From the human T2T-CHM13v2.0 reference genome, Homo sapiens: DNA of 64,000 bases. The stretch is taken from assembly GCF_009914755.1 (NCBI RefSeq), contig NC_060930.1, one strand, 5' to 3'. Every line of letters starts with the position of its first letter. Positions within the stretch are counted from its first letter, which is position 1. A program made the translations under genes and the position numbers. The notes below the pieces were generated by a model. It saw only the letters and a program-made list of their open reading frames with translations, made no database searches and was not told where the DNA came from. Positions 28,316 to 45,642 of this stretch are shown here, one piece after another.

Positions 28316-30003
28316 TTAATACATGCACACATATATACAAAAGGAAAAAAAAGGCATAGAAAAAACACAAAAGGGGTTTAATAAATATCTGATGGCCAAA
28401 CATAAGCATTAATAGTTCTCTCTTGTTGGTGGGACTATGGATGTTTCAAATGTCCTCCATTTGCTTATTTCTACTTCCTAAATTCTGTAATATTTACTGC
28501 TTTTAAAATAAAAACAATACTGTCTTAAAATAGCAAAACAAAACAAATCAACCCTTTTCTCATCTGTGCATGTGGCCAAAATCACATTGCAATCCACTCT
28601 ATGTACAATCGGTCTCACCCACCAGTCTGAGTTCTATAAGGGCAGAAACTGTGTCTAATGCACCACCAGCCCTTAGAACTGCATCCTGGTGCACTGCAAG
28701 CGTTTATATAGTAGGTGCAGATGAGCAAACTGCGGTCAGACAAGGAAGACAATGCAAATTGTCCAGCTCCACATATATTTCAAAAACAAGAACATCTTAA
28801 ATCAGAGACTCCCAATTAAATATTTACATGTCTCAGAGATAACACTTTGGAAGTTATTTCTATGCTTCTAATACCACATCTATTAATATAACTTTTGAAT
28901 CTTATAAACCCAATTCATTGAAATTCTGTTCCTATCTTTCGGAATCAAGTACTTTATTACTATCCTTTCCCTTGGAAAACTGTAAAAGATGGTTGTGTTC
29001 ACTTGTTATTTGCCTGAAATCTCACATTCACTTGGAGGGAGGATATGACTGCTTCCCCCTGGAAATGCTGTGAATAGTAGGGGCACAAGAGAAGGGTCCC
29101 TGTGAATGACCAATATGGTATTAAGAATAAATGGTTGATCACAACAGACATACAAAGGGCCAAGTTCTGAAACTGACTTTGTACCAGTTCTCTTGATGGC
29201 ATCTATCAAGAACACAGTTTGAGCCATTTGCCCCAAAGTGATAAAGGAAGACCTTCCTTGTACAACTTACATTGCCAGGATATAACAATCAGAATAAAAT
29301 TAAGAAACAGAAGGAATTCCTACAGTGATATGCTGTTGTCTGAATAATCTCTAGGTTTCTTTCAAATTTAAAGCTTCAACAAAATCTTAAAATCTGCCTT
29401 CTTTTTATATAAATAAATTAACAAAAATAACTTCATTTGGAATTTTTTTTTATTCTTGGTAACTCTGAAGCTATATCCAGTAGATTATTTTATTATTTGA
29501 TGCCTTTGAAAATAAAAATTTAAAGCAATGATTCTCAAAACAGGGAAAGGTGAGCTTTCCCAGATCAGACAGTTTTTTTCAAACTAAACCCTAAAAGATT
29601 CTGCTTCTCTCTTGCCTCTGAGAAAGTACTTTACCCCTTAGAGAATCGGGATTGTCGAGTGGGGCATCACATCAAAAAAACAAAAAAAGTCATATAATAC
29701 TGTAATTATTGACTATGACAAGGGTCCTGAAGGAAAAGCACAGGGTGCTGTGACTGCATATAGAACAAAGAACCTCATCCAGCTGAGAGAGAAGTAGTCA
29801 AGGAAGTTTCCAAGGCAGCATATCTTGGAGGGGCTGGTGGGGGGAACAGAGTCTGTTCCAGGCAGAGGGAATAACAGATGCAAACTACTGAGGCAGAAGG
29901 AAAGAGGTGAAGAAGGCCAACAGCTACAGCTTTTTAATCTCAGGGGAAAGAGATTTCTGATTAACAGTTCATGCATTTCAGCCTATAAGAGAAGTCACGA
30001 TAC

Positions 30004-30204
30004 CTTCAACAGTGTGTGGATGTCATTTTTACTGGAGTGCCCATCTACTTGAGTGACCCTGTATTCTAACCACTGCTGAACGATTGCTTTTTCTTCTGCA
30101 GTACTCCCCAGCAAATATTCTTTGTTGGCTTGCTTGACTAGATGAGCTGCTATAGTAGTCAATCCTGTTAGACTTGGACCATTGTTTGTCTGAAGAACTG
30201 GAAT
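30004..30204 (-). CDS. EEF1E1: EEF1E1 coding exon 2, aa 30-96
   Basis: Acceptor ttttttctttttaag|ATT. Translates IPVLQTNNGP...KNDIHTLLK, then donor AAG|gtatcg. 201 nt. Lies inside ORF-track entry 29995..30255. Confidence 0.98.
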
Positions 30205-30842
30205 CTTAAAAAGAAAAAAAAGTTCACAGAATTTAAAAAACAAGGACCACATCATGATTATAACTTCTAAGTAACCACGAAATCCCTCAAGTGTTTTTTG
30301 AAATAATCCTGGATTTTACTCTAAGATACTAAATTACATACAAATGAAAGTCTAGAAAATAACAGTTAAATAATTTACAATTTGTTAACAGATGCTTGAT
30401 GATGAAACTGGTAATAACATTGCAAAAATCCGTATAATATTACTACAATAATCAGTATAATATTACTACAATAATTTTAAACTATGTACAATGAGAGAAA
30501 ATGGAAACTCTAATTATACTGTATTAATTTCAATCAAGTTTACCTGCACCCTATTATATAGCAAAGTGAACATACTTAAATAAACCTGACTTCATGTTTC
30601 CCCTATTACGACAGCAATATAAAGGATCAGGTTTGCTTGCTTATAAGAAATTGACAATTAATTTAAATTTTATTGATACACAAATAAGGACAATGCATTA
30701 TGAGAAATGTAAAAGAAAATGGAAAGTATTACCTAATGGGAAGACTGACCAAACACAAATAACAAGTATACAATCTCAATGACTTAAGTAAATGAAAAAA
30801 GAATTGTTTTTTTGGGAAGACTGCTGCTCTTCTTAGCAATGA

Positions 30843-31154
<312 letters not shown>

Positions 31155-31944
31155 GAAATACTATCTTGTTCTCTATAGTGATTTATACTTTGCAAGGCAT
31201 TTTCATACATCTACATCAACACGACTTGGTGAAGTATACAAGGAGATTAATACTCTACAGGATACAGATTCAAAGTAAGGAGGTAACTTCAAAGTAAAGG
31301 AGGTAAAATTCTTTTCACTTTCCATTCACTATTCATAGCTCCTTGACTTCTCACTTTTGTCTTAAATTCAAATGAAACCACAAGCTCTAAGATCACCAAT
31401 AAATTAAATGTATTGAAAGAAAACAGTATGGAACCCTCTGAAGGGTGCCAGTAATGTTCTACTCCTTGACTGGGTGGTTACCTGAGTGTGTGAACTTGGT
31501 GGTAACATCAACATGTGTGTACTGAATGTATGGTATATTTTGAGGAAAAAAGAGAAATCAAGGGACTCACAACTGCTGGGCGGAGGGGACACAACCAACT
31601 CTAAAGAGAATTATTTGTAAAAATAAATTATCCACAACCCAAGCATGCTCTCAAAAAAATTCCCAGTTACGTTCTCATCTAATCATTACATCTTCTAAGA
31701 TAAGGTAAGTCATCTCATCCTCATTTTACAGATAATAAAAACCAAGGTTGCTTGGTTTGCAATGGCAGAGCCAGGGTTTGAATAAAGTCCTATTGGCTTA
31801 AACAAAGTCCTATTGGCTTAAACGTCCATTTTCTTTCCTTTACATACCCTAAAATACACAATTCTTATGAGACACATACTATTTTCACATTCATTTTAAG
31901 GTTCCATAGTCTTCAAAGTAATGACTTTTAATGGCTGCATATGC

Positions 31945-32643
<699 letters not shown>

Positions 32644-33146
32644 TATGTCAATGTGTTGATGTACCATAATTTAAAGAATCAATATCCTAGATAAGGATCT
32701 CTGAACTGCTTTCAATTTTTAACTATGATTGGTAATGTTGCAGAGAATGCCTTATTGCTGGCTCACTGCTGTCAGCTGTCTTCTCAAAAAATGGCTGAAT
32801 CTTATCACATATGGCCAACCCTTTCCCCATACAAGTAAACAGAAACTTTCACTAGCTGCTAACTGCTAAAATGCTTTAATTAAAATTAAATTAAAAACCA
32901 CACTCTGAACTCGGAAGTCTTCACAGTTGGGCCTCAAACTGTAATTTGGGGTTTACCTTGCATTGCATCATTCCTCATATTGGTTTACTTACTGCCCTAA
33001 ACTTCCCAATCCTTCATAATTTATTGGTTTTACACATCTTTCAAAGCATAATCCCTTAAATGCCAGCTCTTCCATGAGTTTATACATCCACTTTTATAGT
33101 CAGAATTAACTTCCTTTTTCACACTCCTCAACAGTGTTTTGCTCCA

Positions 33147-33588
33147 TATGGAGTCCTAATTAGGGAAAAGAAGTCAGGTTGAGGGGACCAAGGGAAAGCA
33201 AAAAGAGAAGGGCGATAAGCTACAAGTCTGCCTTTCTTCATGGTCCAGGACACAGCCCTTCTGCACAAATAACTCAACAATCTTTCCATGTCCAGCTATC
33301 ACCGGACCTTCGGCTGATAGAAAACTCAAGTTAGCTCACTGCAACCTTGGTGTTATCAGTACTGCACAAACCCCTCTTCAGCACACAACCGAAGTACTAT
33401 TCCGTAAAATCCCCAGCCAGCCTTTGTTTCCTTGCAGTTAGCTCCTCTCTTACTAACTTGCCTGTTGCACTCTTGCAACATATTTTCATACTTTCTCTAA
33501 TAAATCTGCTTTTCTTTACGTACAGCTGTCCTGGTAAATTCTTACCCTGGCGCCACCAGCCCCAGAGAGTTGCTGCTCACCCACGACA
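33147..33588 (+). mobile_element. ERV1-class solo LTR (family uncertain)
   Basis: t(a)tggagtcctaattagggaaaag...aataaa...gaca ends with a short tcca duplication. Confidence 0.7.
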
Positions 33589-33695
33589 GTCCATGAAGTG
33601 CTTACTATGTTGTGCTTTAAATTATTTGCTGATGATTGTTTCTCATACTAGATAATACTCATATCTTGGCAATGGTCCCTAAAAAATATAAACTA

Positions 33696-34119
<424 letters not shown>

Positions 34120-34779
34120 AAGCTAGGGAGTAGGGGCCGAAGGGACGGAATTATCACTGGGGCAGAGGAAACACCAAAAGAAGGCCACTTTGGCTCCAAC
34201 GCCTACTCTGCCACCAATCACAGGGCTGATCTTAGGCTGAACACTTAACCTTTCTAGGCTTCAGGTTAACTTAAATAAAAACTATACTACTACTTTCTAG
34301 ACAAGATCTTCACATGGACCAAATGAAGAAGAGAAAAAATTAAAGACAAAAACCAAACATCATTTGGAAAAAATCTCAAAGGAGCAAAAAAAACATATAT
34401 CCAAAGTAGTCTTCCTACAACCAATTTCCTTCTCTAATACATTCCTTCTACGACAAACAACTATAAAACACAAACGTTCTAACAGTGCCTAACCAGGCAA
34501 TCTCATACCTTGTGATGTTTCCCGCATTCACTGTGGGTCGTAACACTTAAACTGATAATCCAAGGCTTTAGAAACGCCTTCCCCGAATCCCCTAGATTGG
34601 GCCAAGACTCCTTAGGTGTTCTCTCTGCCATTTATGGTGCAACGTGGCACTCTTCCAATTTAAATGGTTGCAATGTTTGTCCACCTGGCCAAAAAGCAAG
34701 CTGCCTGAGAGGAGGAAGCATGTTCCCCTAAATCATCATTGTATTCCCCAGACCCAGCACGGTGCTACCTGGCACCCTG

Positions 34780-35540
34780 TTAGCTATAACGGAGTCGCTG
34801 CGCAATAACTGAATGAAAGGTGCGATTACGGGAAAAAAAAAAAAAGCCAGTTACTGAATACATTCCAGGTTGGTCTAAGAGCCCTGTGAGGACCCTCCTC
34901 CAACTGGTTTTGTTTCCTCATAATGGGATGATGACAATTTCCCAGGAGGTGAAGTTCAGGCCAAGCCCAACCTGAGCTGGTTAACCCCTCCCTCCAGGAG
35001 GTAGGATGGCAGGGGCCGAGGCCCAGAGGCGCCAGCCGGCTAGCGGCGCAGACACGTGGGGAGCTGGGTAGCAGCATCCTCACTCCGCCCGTATCTGGTG
35101 GCCGGCCCGGGTCCTGCCAGGGCTCGGCAGGCCCCGCTCCCGTCCACCTCTTCCCCTCCGCGCCGCCTCTCCTTCTCACCTGTCGCTCGCCCTGAGCACT
35201 GTATTTATTCCCCTTACTCAGTCCCAGGGACTTCTCCAGTAGCGACAACTCTGCGGCCGCCGCCATCTTCCGGCCGTAGCTCCTGGCAGACGCGAGACCT
35301 GCAGAACAAGAACCTCCCGCATTGGTGGAAACAGAAGTCCCACTCCTGCAAACTTCAGCGGCGATTGGCTGAACGGAAGGGGCGTGGAGAGCGCGCACCA
35401 AAGCACAGGAGGCGGGGCCGGTGGAAGGGGCGGGGCTGAGGGCGGGGTGTGAGACAGGTGGAGAAGTGATGGTAAATTTCCACTCGAACTGTTGGGGAGC
35501 TAGTTACTGGTAGAGAGGCCCCAAGGCCGGGCTTCGGTGG
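34780..35540. promoter_or_regulatory. CpG island / TATA-less promoter of EEF1E1
   Basis: Dense CpG and high GC around exon 1. GC boxes at 35411-35447. CCAAT boxes (minus) at 35364-35368 and 35321-35325. YY1-like CGCCATCTT and ETS-like CCGGAAG overlap the start codon (35261-35273). Confidence 0.9.
35180..35266 (-). CDS. EEF1E1: EEF1E1/AIMP3 (p18, multi-tRNA-synthetase complex scaffold) coding exon 1, aa 1-29
   Basis: ATG at 35266 in context GGAAGATGG. Translates MAAAAELSLLEKSLGLSKGNKYSAQGERQ, then donor CAG|gtgag. 87 nt, phase 0. Matches the recalled human AIMP3 N-terminus. Confidence 0.98.
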
Positions 35541-36959
35541 CTGCAGTAGACTGGATCTGGATCTCTAAATGGCAATCTATTGACATGGCTGCCAGCGGTA
35601 ACTCGTTAACTCATTTGCTAGTCTAAGAGAATTTATATATGATGGGAACTGAAATTTGCCTTAGTTTGGTTCAGGAATCTGTAAATTTGAACAATCAAAT
35701 TGAATAGCAAAAAGTTCACAGTCCATTAGGAGTTTCTAACGTGTAGCATAATTCATGAGGATTTTAATTGTGTTGTAGTGGTGAATTCGAAAAACTGGTT
35801 TTTCTACTGTTGATCTACAGCTCAACACTAGCAGTAGAATTATACATTTAAAGATTATTCACAGAACACGGAGTATGTCAGATAGGGGTCAAATAATTAC
35901 AGCTCAAGGAAATAAGCCATTAATGGCATTAATGATCTTTTTTTGCAGTACCAGAAGGCTGGTTACATAATTTATGAAGTTTTGGTATATAAATAAACAA
36001 GGTGCATAACTTTGCCCCACTAACTTGCTACATTCTTGTATCTTCAAAAAAGAAAGAAAGGAAGAAAGAAAGAAAATTAGTAGTATATGTTGAATATTTC
36101 CAAAAGATTTGTGAAAATACAAAATATTTTCCACTTTGAAGAATGAATAAACAAAGTGTGTATTAGTCTGAGAGAAATAGAACAATCCTACAAGGTAACT
36201 CATCATTGAATCAGAAATATCAAAGTTTAGTGGGGAATGTTGTTACTGTGTTACACCTTCCCTATCCCAGAATACTTAATGAGTTTACTCTGTCAGCAGA
36301 AGTAAACATAAGGAAAAGAAACTTTTGCCAAATCAACATAACAAAATACAAAAGAAATTTCAGTATAAGTGGATTGTTAGGCACTAAATTATCTGTTTTA
36401 CTTTCCATATTCAGATAATGGAATGACTATTCTACTACTTTTTAAAAGACCAACCCTCTAAGATAATTCACATATCCATTTTCAGGGTTTAGGTACACTT
36501 TTTGCTTGTAATAAAACATTTTTTAAAAAAATTAACATTTATCCAATGCCAATGGGTGGTATATTGAAAATAAGGTTTGGCCTTTGCATAATTATAGAAA
36601 TATCAAATTAAAAAAGAAATCCCTAAAAAACTGAAAGCAGAACAAAGCATATTGTACATCAAATTGATGACATCATCACCCAGTGTGGACCTCTTTTAAG
36701 TGACTTTATAGCACAGTCATTTAATTGTATACTCTTAGTAAGATATGCTTTAAGGACAAAATTCATGAAAACCTGTTTTTGGTTCTTTTTGTTTGTTGGT
36801 TTGGTTAGCATCTTGGCAGTGTCAGCATTGGTATGGTGCTGTATATGTACTGTGGAATAAAGCAAAGATGCAATCATGTGGTGTTGCTGGAAAGTTGGGT
36901 GTTTGGTGTTGCCCAAAAGAGGAGTTGTAAGGTAGATGAGGTTAAATCAAAACTTTCTG

Positions 36960-38030
36960 GTCCTGAATTTGAATTGTAATATCAATATGAACTTATGACG
37001 CTTTTATCTTAAGGAAAATGAAAAGTATTTCCTACCTAGCTCTGTTTACTTAAAAGGCCTAGAAACAAGGACAACTCAGTAGCAATGAGCACCCCAGCAC
37101 CCAGATTCTGGTTTCAAATACTATTTCCCACAAAAAGAAATGGGGGCTCTTTGGAGACCGGCTGAATCCAAACCTTGCGGGGAGATCAGTCTGGACCATC
37201 TAGTTATAGTAGAAAGAAAAGAAAGTATCTAAGAGTAATGAGGGGAGTCAAAGGGTAGGATCAGATCACTTGAGGGTCAATAATAGTCATTACAAGCTGA
37301 GAGTCGATAAGAATAATTGCAATGAATTGAAACATGTTGAATATGTTTAAGTCTATGAGTTCATAATGATACTAAAAAAAAAACAAGAACAAAATCAAAA
37401 TAACCCTCATTCGTTACCTTTGGAGGATACTAGAGATCCAATTCATTATTTTGAAAAAGGATAAAGAAAACACATGAAGAAACCAATATATTTTTTCATG
37501 ATTATCCTATGTAAACTGTATCTCAGGGAAACTAAACTCTAATGAGGAAAAATGTCTTTATAGAATTCTAACTAATAAAAACAGAACAATAGAATATTAT
37601 TGTTTTGCAGCTACGGATATAATAATGAATCTAGGTGACAATTATCAATAGCTATTCACATCATAAAAACAGAGACAAACAGACATAAATTGCTTCTGAG
37701 AGAGGTGTACATCATCACCCAGTCTTGCCAATCGAATCTGAATTTGACCAAGCCTTTTGATCTAACAGCCAATTTACAAGAAATAATAGCAGGAAAGAGG
37801 ATCATGTTAAATGATGTCATGGAGATGCAATGAGCAAATTCTAGATCATGAAAACTATAGGACAAATGATCCAGTTGTTTCAACAAGTAAATTGCAAAGC
37901 AAAAAGAAGAGGCAGAGAGAAGTGAACCTGTAAGTTGAAAGCATTATAAGGGAACTGTCAACCAATTGCAATATATAAATCTTTTTTTCAAGTCTGGTTC
38001 CAACTAATAAACTGTTAATTTTTTTAAGTG
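36960..38030 (+). mobile_element. Old L1M (L1MC-like) 3' region
   Basis: aaaaggcctagaaacaaggacaactcagtagcaatgagcacccc and ggacaaatgatccagttgtttcaacaa motifs. Confidence 0.6.
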
Positions 38031-39128
38031 GATTGTCACATCATGATTGTGGCAAATGTCTACTACATTCCATTTTATATACTATGGGTATTAAATTCCA
38101 TGCCCAAATTCACATAACTAATAGATCTGTGCATGAATCATCTGGGGATTTAAAAAAAAATCCATGCCATACTGGAGATTCTGATTCACTTTATCCGGGG
38201 TGGGACTGGGTGCTATTATTATTATTTTTTTAATCCTCAGCTGAGTCTAATATGTGGCCAGGGTTGAAACCCCCTATGGCAGATGCAGAATTTCAACTCT
38301 GCTTCCTGGCTTTTAAATCCACACTGTTCTGATTTTCTAATGTCTCCTTTCTCTGTTGTTACGGTGAGCAGGTGCAAGCTTTACTTCACTTAACATTAGA
38401 CATAAGAAAGAGGAGAAAGCTTATATTTTATTAGAAATAATCAATAAATGTATTTTTAGATGATCTACATATTTGATCTGAAATATCTATATCAACACAG
38501 CCTTACTCATAATAAAAGTAACTTGATGAATTGATTTTGTCAAATAGAACACTTCTCTAATCTGCTATTATCATAGTCAAGTTTTAAATCCACAGTACCT
38601 TAGGATATAAATTAAATGTCAAATGAAATTAATTTGGCAAGTGGAACATAAACTGGATGGCTTTTCTTTTTGGAGCATGCCTGACAGCTTTCTGTATGTC
38701 ATATGGGCATCTGTTAAAATGAGCTGCATATGCCAGAAACTGTTACTGTATCAGATTGCTCTTAGCAGTGCCATCATCTGCAAATTTTCAGTTTTAGAAG
38801 AGTTTAACTTTCTATTTCAGAATATGATAGGGTTTTAAACTTAGGTGTGAATGATATTAAATATGTGGTAAATGAAGTGATGCAGGTGCTATGCATGCAT
38901 TTTGTTCTCTCTATAGATACCTCTCATATCTATGTATGTCTTGCACTTACCACGCTTGTTTATTGAGCCATTACTATGCACCAGGCACTGTACAATGCAC
39001 TGGGGACACATTGATGAACAACTCCCATCAAACTTAGAGTATCTTGAGAGGAAAGACACTAGAACAATTTTGCGATAAGGCAAAGATCAGGAAGTGGAAG
39101 GCATGATAAGAATGCAGAGAAGGCACCT

Positions 39129-39419
39129 GGCCAGGCGCGGTGGCTCACACCTGTAATCCCAGCACTTTGGGAGGCTGAGTTGGGTAGATCACGAGGTCAG
39201 GAGTTCAAGACCAGCCTGGTCAAGATGGTGAAACCCCATCTCTACTAAAAATACAAAAATTAGCCAGCTGTGGTGGTGGTGGGCACCTGTAATCCCAGCT
39301 CCTCAGGAGGGTGAGGCAGAGAATTGCTTGAACCTGGGAGGTGGAGGTTGCAGTGAGCCAAGATTGTGCCACTGTACTCCAGCCCGAGCAACAGAGTGAG
39401 ACTCCATCTCAAAAAAAAA
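39129..39419 (+). mobile_element. Alu (AluS) within an L2 remnant
   Basis: Sense dimer. L2-like flanks (~38950-39620). Confidence 0.9.
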
Positions 39420-39675
39420 GATTGCTTCCAAGAGGTCATGGTGTTCAAGTTGAGACTTGAAGGATGAACAAGAGTTGGTCAGGTGAGTGGTGGGGTGGAA
39501 AACTGAGGGAGAGTTCTGAGCAATGGGAATTGCATATGCAAAGGCTGCAAAGTGGAAGAGAGCATGATTCTTTGGAGTAACTGTTCAGGCTAGACCGGTA
39601 AGCAGATGCTGGATTGGAAGGGTCCTTGAACGATGCCTCTAAAAATTTTTAGAGGCCTCTGGGCATCCTTTATTT

Positions 39676-40784
<1,109 letters not shown>

Positions 40785-42570
40785 CTCAGGTGATCTTTCT
40801 TAGCTGCCAATCTATTTGGTCACTCCTTCCAGAAAACATGCCTGTGGCTCTTCATGGCACTTAGAATTTAGTCCAGCCTCCTTTATCTGGGAGCTAAGGT
40901 CCTTTATAACCTGACCTCTGTTGACTTTTTCATGCTCACTTCTAGACACTTCCTGCCTGGCATTTTTTGCCCCAGCCTTGGCCATCTCCTCACAGCTCCT
41001 GGGAGCCCAAAATATTCTCTTGCCTCTGGGCCTTTCTGTCTCTGGTTCACTCCAGCAGGAATGCCCCGCTTCCTCTCTTAGGGCTGAATTTGAGCACTCA
41101 TAACAGCCTTGGGAATGCTCCCGCCACAAGACAAACCCCACTGTGCTGAGGCTACCTTCTTGGTATCTGCCTGCCCTGGCCGGCATGCTGACTGAGCACA
41201 CAGACTGCATCCTGTTTATTACTGAGTCATCGCACCAGGCACCAGCCTTGGAACAGAGTGATCACTGGATACATTCATTTGCCGAATGAATAAAGAATCA
41301 TGCAAACATATGGAATGATGTGGAAAGCTAGGTCAATGGGTCAAAACAAGTAACATGAGAACTGTGAGGATATTACACAGTCTCATCTTTAAGCAAACAT
41401 TAAACACCAAAAATTAAAAATCCCTTATCTGACGGTTGACCAGTGCAAATGAAAATGACTCAAAACTACAAGTCAGGAATGGACAACCAATGTACTGAAA
41501 GAAAAATCATTTTCTTTCGCTAGTCTCCCAAACATTCATTGATCCCCCAAACCACCTTCTCTGGGCTCAGGAAGTGGCCATTTATTACATTATCACCATC
41601 ATCATCGCCATCGTCCTCATTCTCCTCCCTCTCGGCATCCGGCTGTCAAACACTTACTGATCACTGCTCTGTGCTGGACTCTGTTCTAAGCTCTTGTATT
41701 AACTCATGAATTATCACACCAGCCTTTGAAGCAGATACCATTGTTATCCCCATTTTATAGATGAGGAAATTGAGGCTCCAAGAAGTGTAAGAAAATGAAT
41801 CTTCAGAGCATTACAGATAGAGAAATACCTTAGAAAAGAACAAAGTATCCCCCAGATTTTGAGTCCTGCCCCGACATCCTCTCTATAGCCTCCTAATTCT
41901 CCGACTCAGCGGCGACTCAATTTAGAACTCCAGGCTCATCTTGGGGGACTCCAGTTCATCAAGGCTTGGGTGGATCTTGGCTTGAGAGCCATGCTGGGGA
42001 CCCTGCTGCACAGTGTCACTGAGATTGTTGCAGAGGAGGTGTGAGAGAGGAGCTGTCAGCACAGCTCCAACCACAGCCCTGGGGACAATGACAGCAGAGT
42101 CACAGGATTTTTAGCAGCAGAACGTCTTCTCCACACTCCCTGGAGGAAGGCTCAAGGGCGGAGCATGTCCTCGGTGCCACCCTTCAGGTGAAGAGTCAGC
42201 CTGGGGCCAGCATGCTGGTGACAGGCTAATTCTTTCTGTTCAAGAGCAGCACAGGCCATTGAAGGGACATGTGCCCCGAGAACTACTTCCTTTCAGACTC
42301 TGCTCAGGGTCACCTTCTCTCTGAAGACTTTCCTAATCCCTTCCTATCCTCACCCCCAACCCAGGCAGCGCTGGTCACTCTGTGTTTTGGGTTCTGCTGA
42401 ACCCTGTATTTGCTCCCTACAAAGAAATTTGCCATACTTCATTGCACCTATTTATTCACATTTTGGACTCTTCCAAATAGACTCTAAATCACTTGAGATG
42501 CAACTGACACAGAGTAGGCATTCAATAATATTTCTAGAATGAGTGAATGAAGGTTAATGAATAGTAATCA

Positions 42571-43200
<630 letters not shown>

Positions 43201-43400
43201 AAACAAAGCTATATATAGGCTCAAGGACTAGCCATCCACATGCTGATGTTGAAGGGCCCCACGTGTTCCCATCTGTGACGGGGACTATTGGTTTCCTACC
43301 CAAAGCTATTTTCGTCTCCTTTTTACCATATAATAGAGCACAGCTTCAGTAATACTGCCAGGAAGTATAGGGGCAAAGCTTGTAAAACGAAGGTTGATAA

Positions 43401-43777
<377 letters not shown>

Positions 43778-45295
43778 CTCTGCTAATAATTTTTAAAATG
43801 GCTTTTAAAGAGTTATCTTAGAATCTTTTGTAAACTTCAGTTCATTTTAGACTTTTTCTTTCTCTATAACATTCATGTATGTATTAGTTATAGTTGTCTT
43901 GATAACAAGTAGTTCCACTGTCTCAGAGGCTTAGCACATAGAACACTCATGCCATGGTTCAATGTGGGTCTCTGATTGCCAGTCACTTGGGAACTCAGAC
44001 TTCCAGTCTAGTGATTTCATCATCCTCTAAGGCTTCAAAGTCCCTTTCTGGGCCCTAGGCTCTTGTCATTTGAACTATAGATGAGGCAAGAGGGAGACCG
44101 TTGAGGACTACACTAGGTATTATGGGCTAGGTCTGAAAATGTTGCACATCATTTCTGTCCAGATCTCATTGGCTGAAACTCAGTCAGGAAGACACACCTG
44201 GCTAAAGGGAGGCTGAGTGAAGTGATCTGATCCGTCAGTCTGCTTGTTATTCTGCACCTGTGCCCCAGTTTTATTCCCATTCTCCTTGGCCCTGCTCTTT
44301 GACACAGAAGACTGAGTCTGTGGATGACATTACCCAGAGTCTCCTACCTTCTGGCTTCCAGATAGGTTCAGTGTGAGAGGCACAGTTAAGAGATTGGAGA
44401 GCATGAGTTTGGAGTATTTATTGCCTTTCTCCCTTCCTGCATTTGGCTGTGCAGTAGAGTCTGACTCCGTTTGTGATGTTTGACTGTTCACAGCATTTAG
44501 GCCTCCATCCACCCTTGCCCTGCCCACCATCATACATCTGGGACTTCATGTAAGGAACTCCCCACCCCAAGCTCCTGACCTCTTGATGTTTGAACCCCAC
44601 AGCTTCATGACAGCTTGCACCTGCCCTTCCCCAGAAGTGCTCTGTGTGTTAGTAATAGACTTTCTTTCTTAACCTCTTGGTGCATGAAGGAGGGTCATTA
44701 GTCTCCATATCTGATCTATTGATTGGGAGGAAGTCTGTACCCTATTGGTGGAATGACCAGAAAACAGGCTGTGTTATCTGAGAGCAGTTGGTAACCTAGA
44801 AGTGGTAATGGCTTTCTATTCTCGCTAGTCCCTGGGCACCTCAACTTCCCGGATTGATTTTCTTAATCCTTTCCATGCTTCTATATCTAGTCCTTTCTTT
44901 AGAGCCTCTTGAAACATCAGAGTTAGATTCTGTTTCCTGCAGGAAACCTGATGGATATGGGAAGAAGAGGGAAGTGGTCTGGTGAGCATTTAGTCAGTTG
45001 CTGCAACATTATGATCAGTGCCAATTTTTAAGTTTAATCCTTGGCTTTCAGCGAATGTGGATATATATGGTCAACATTATTTGTCTTATATAAATGCACT
45101 AGCATATATAATACATATACTGATGAAAGTAGATGGACTTTTATGAGGAACTTTAGTAGATGAGGGTCTTTTTCACATTGAAAAATTTTGCTTTCAGGCT
45201 TTTTTTGAGATTAAAATGGCATTTGAACATTGGGATGAAGACTACTCATCTGAAACTGGGCTTTGGCTAACTGGGCACAAACATGCTTTATATAA

Positions 45296-45642
<347 letters not shown>

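Noticed and set aside
34441-34530. Cryptic donor-like sites in intron 1 (AAG|gtatga at 34509) with a nearby ATG
   Set aside because: ATG-to-donor is 19 nt (phase 1), so it is out of frame with exon 2. It cannot be supported as an alternative first exon without transcript data.
34826-35401. 191-aa ORF spanning exon 1
   Set aside because: It is the real exon-1 frame extended into the promoter and intron 1 through GC-rich, stop-poor sequence. It has no upstream ATG and a strong donor at 35180.
35056-35439. Antisense 127-aa ORF over the CpG island
   Set aside because: Non-ATG start, Pro/Arg/Ser-rich composition expected from high GC, and no other support.
41200-42300. GC-richer upstream segment with AP-1-like TGA(C/G)TCA sites
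   Set aside because: Short motifs are expected by chance, and an enhancer call needs chromatin data.
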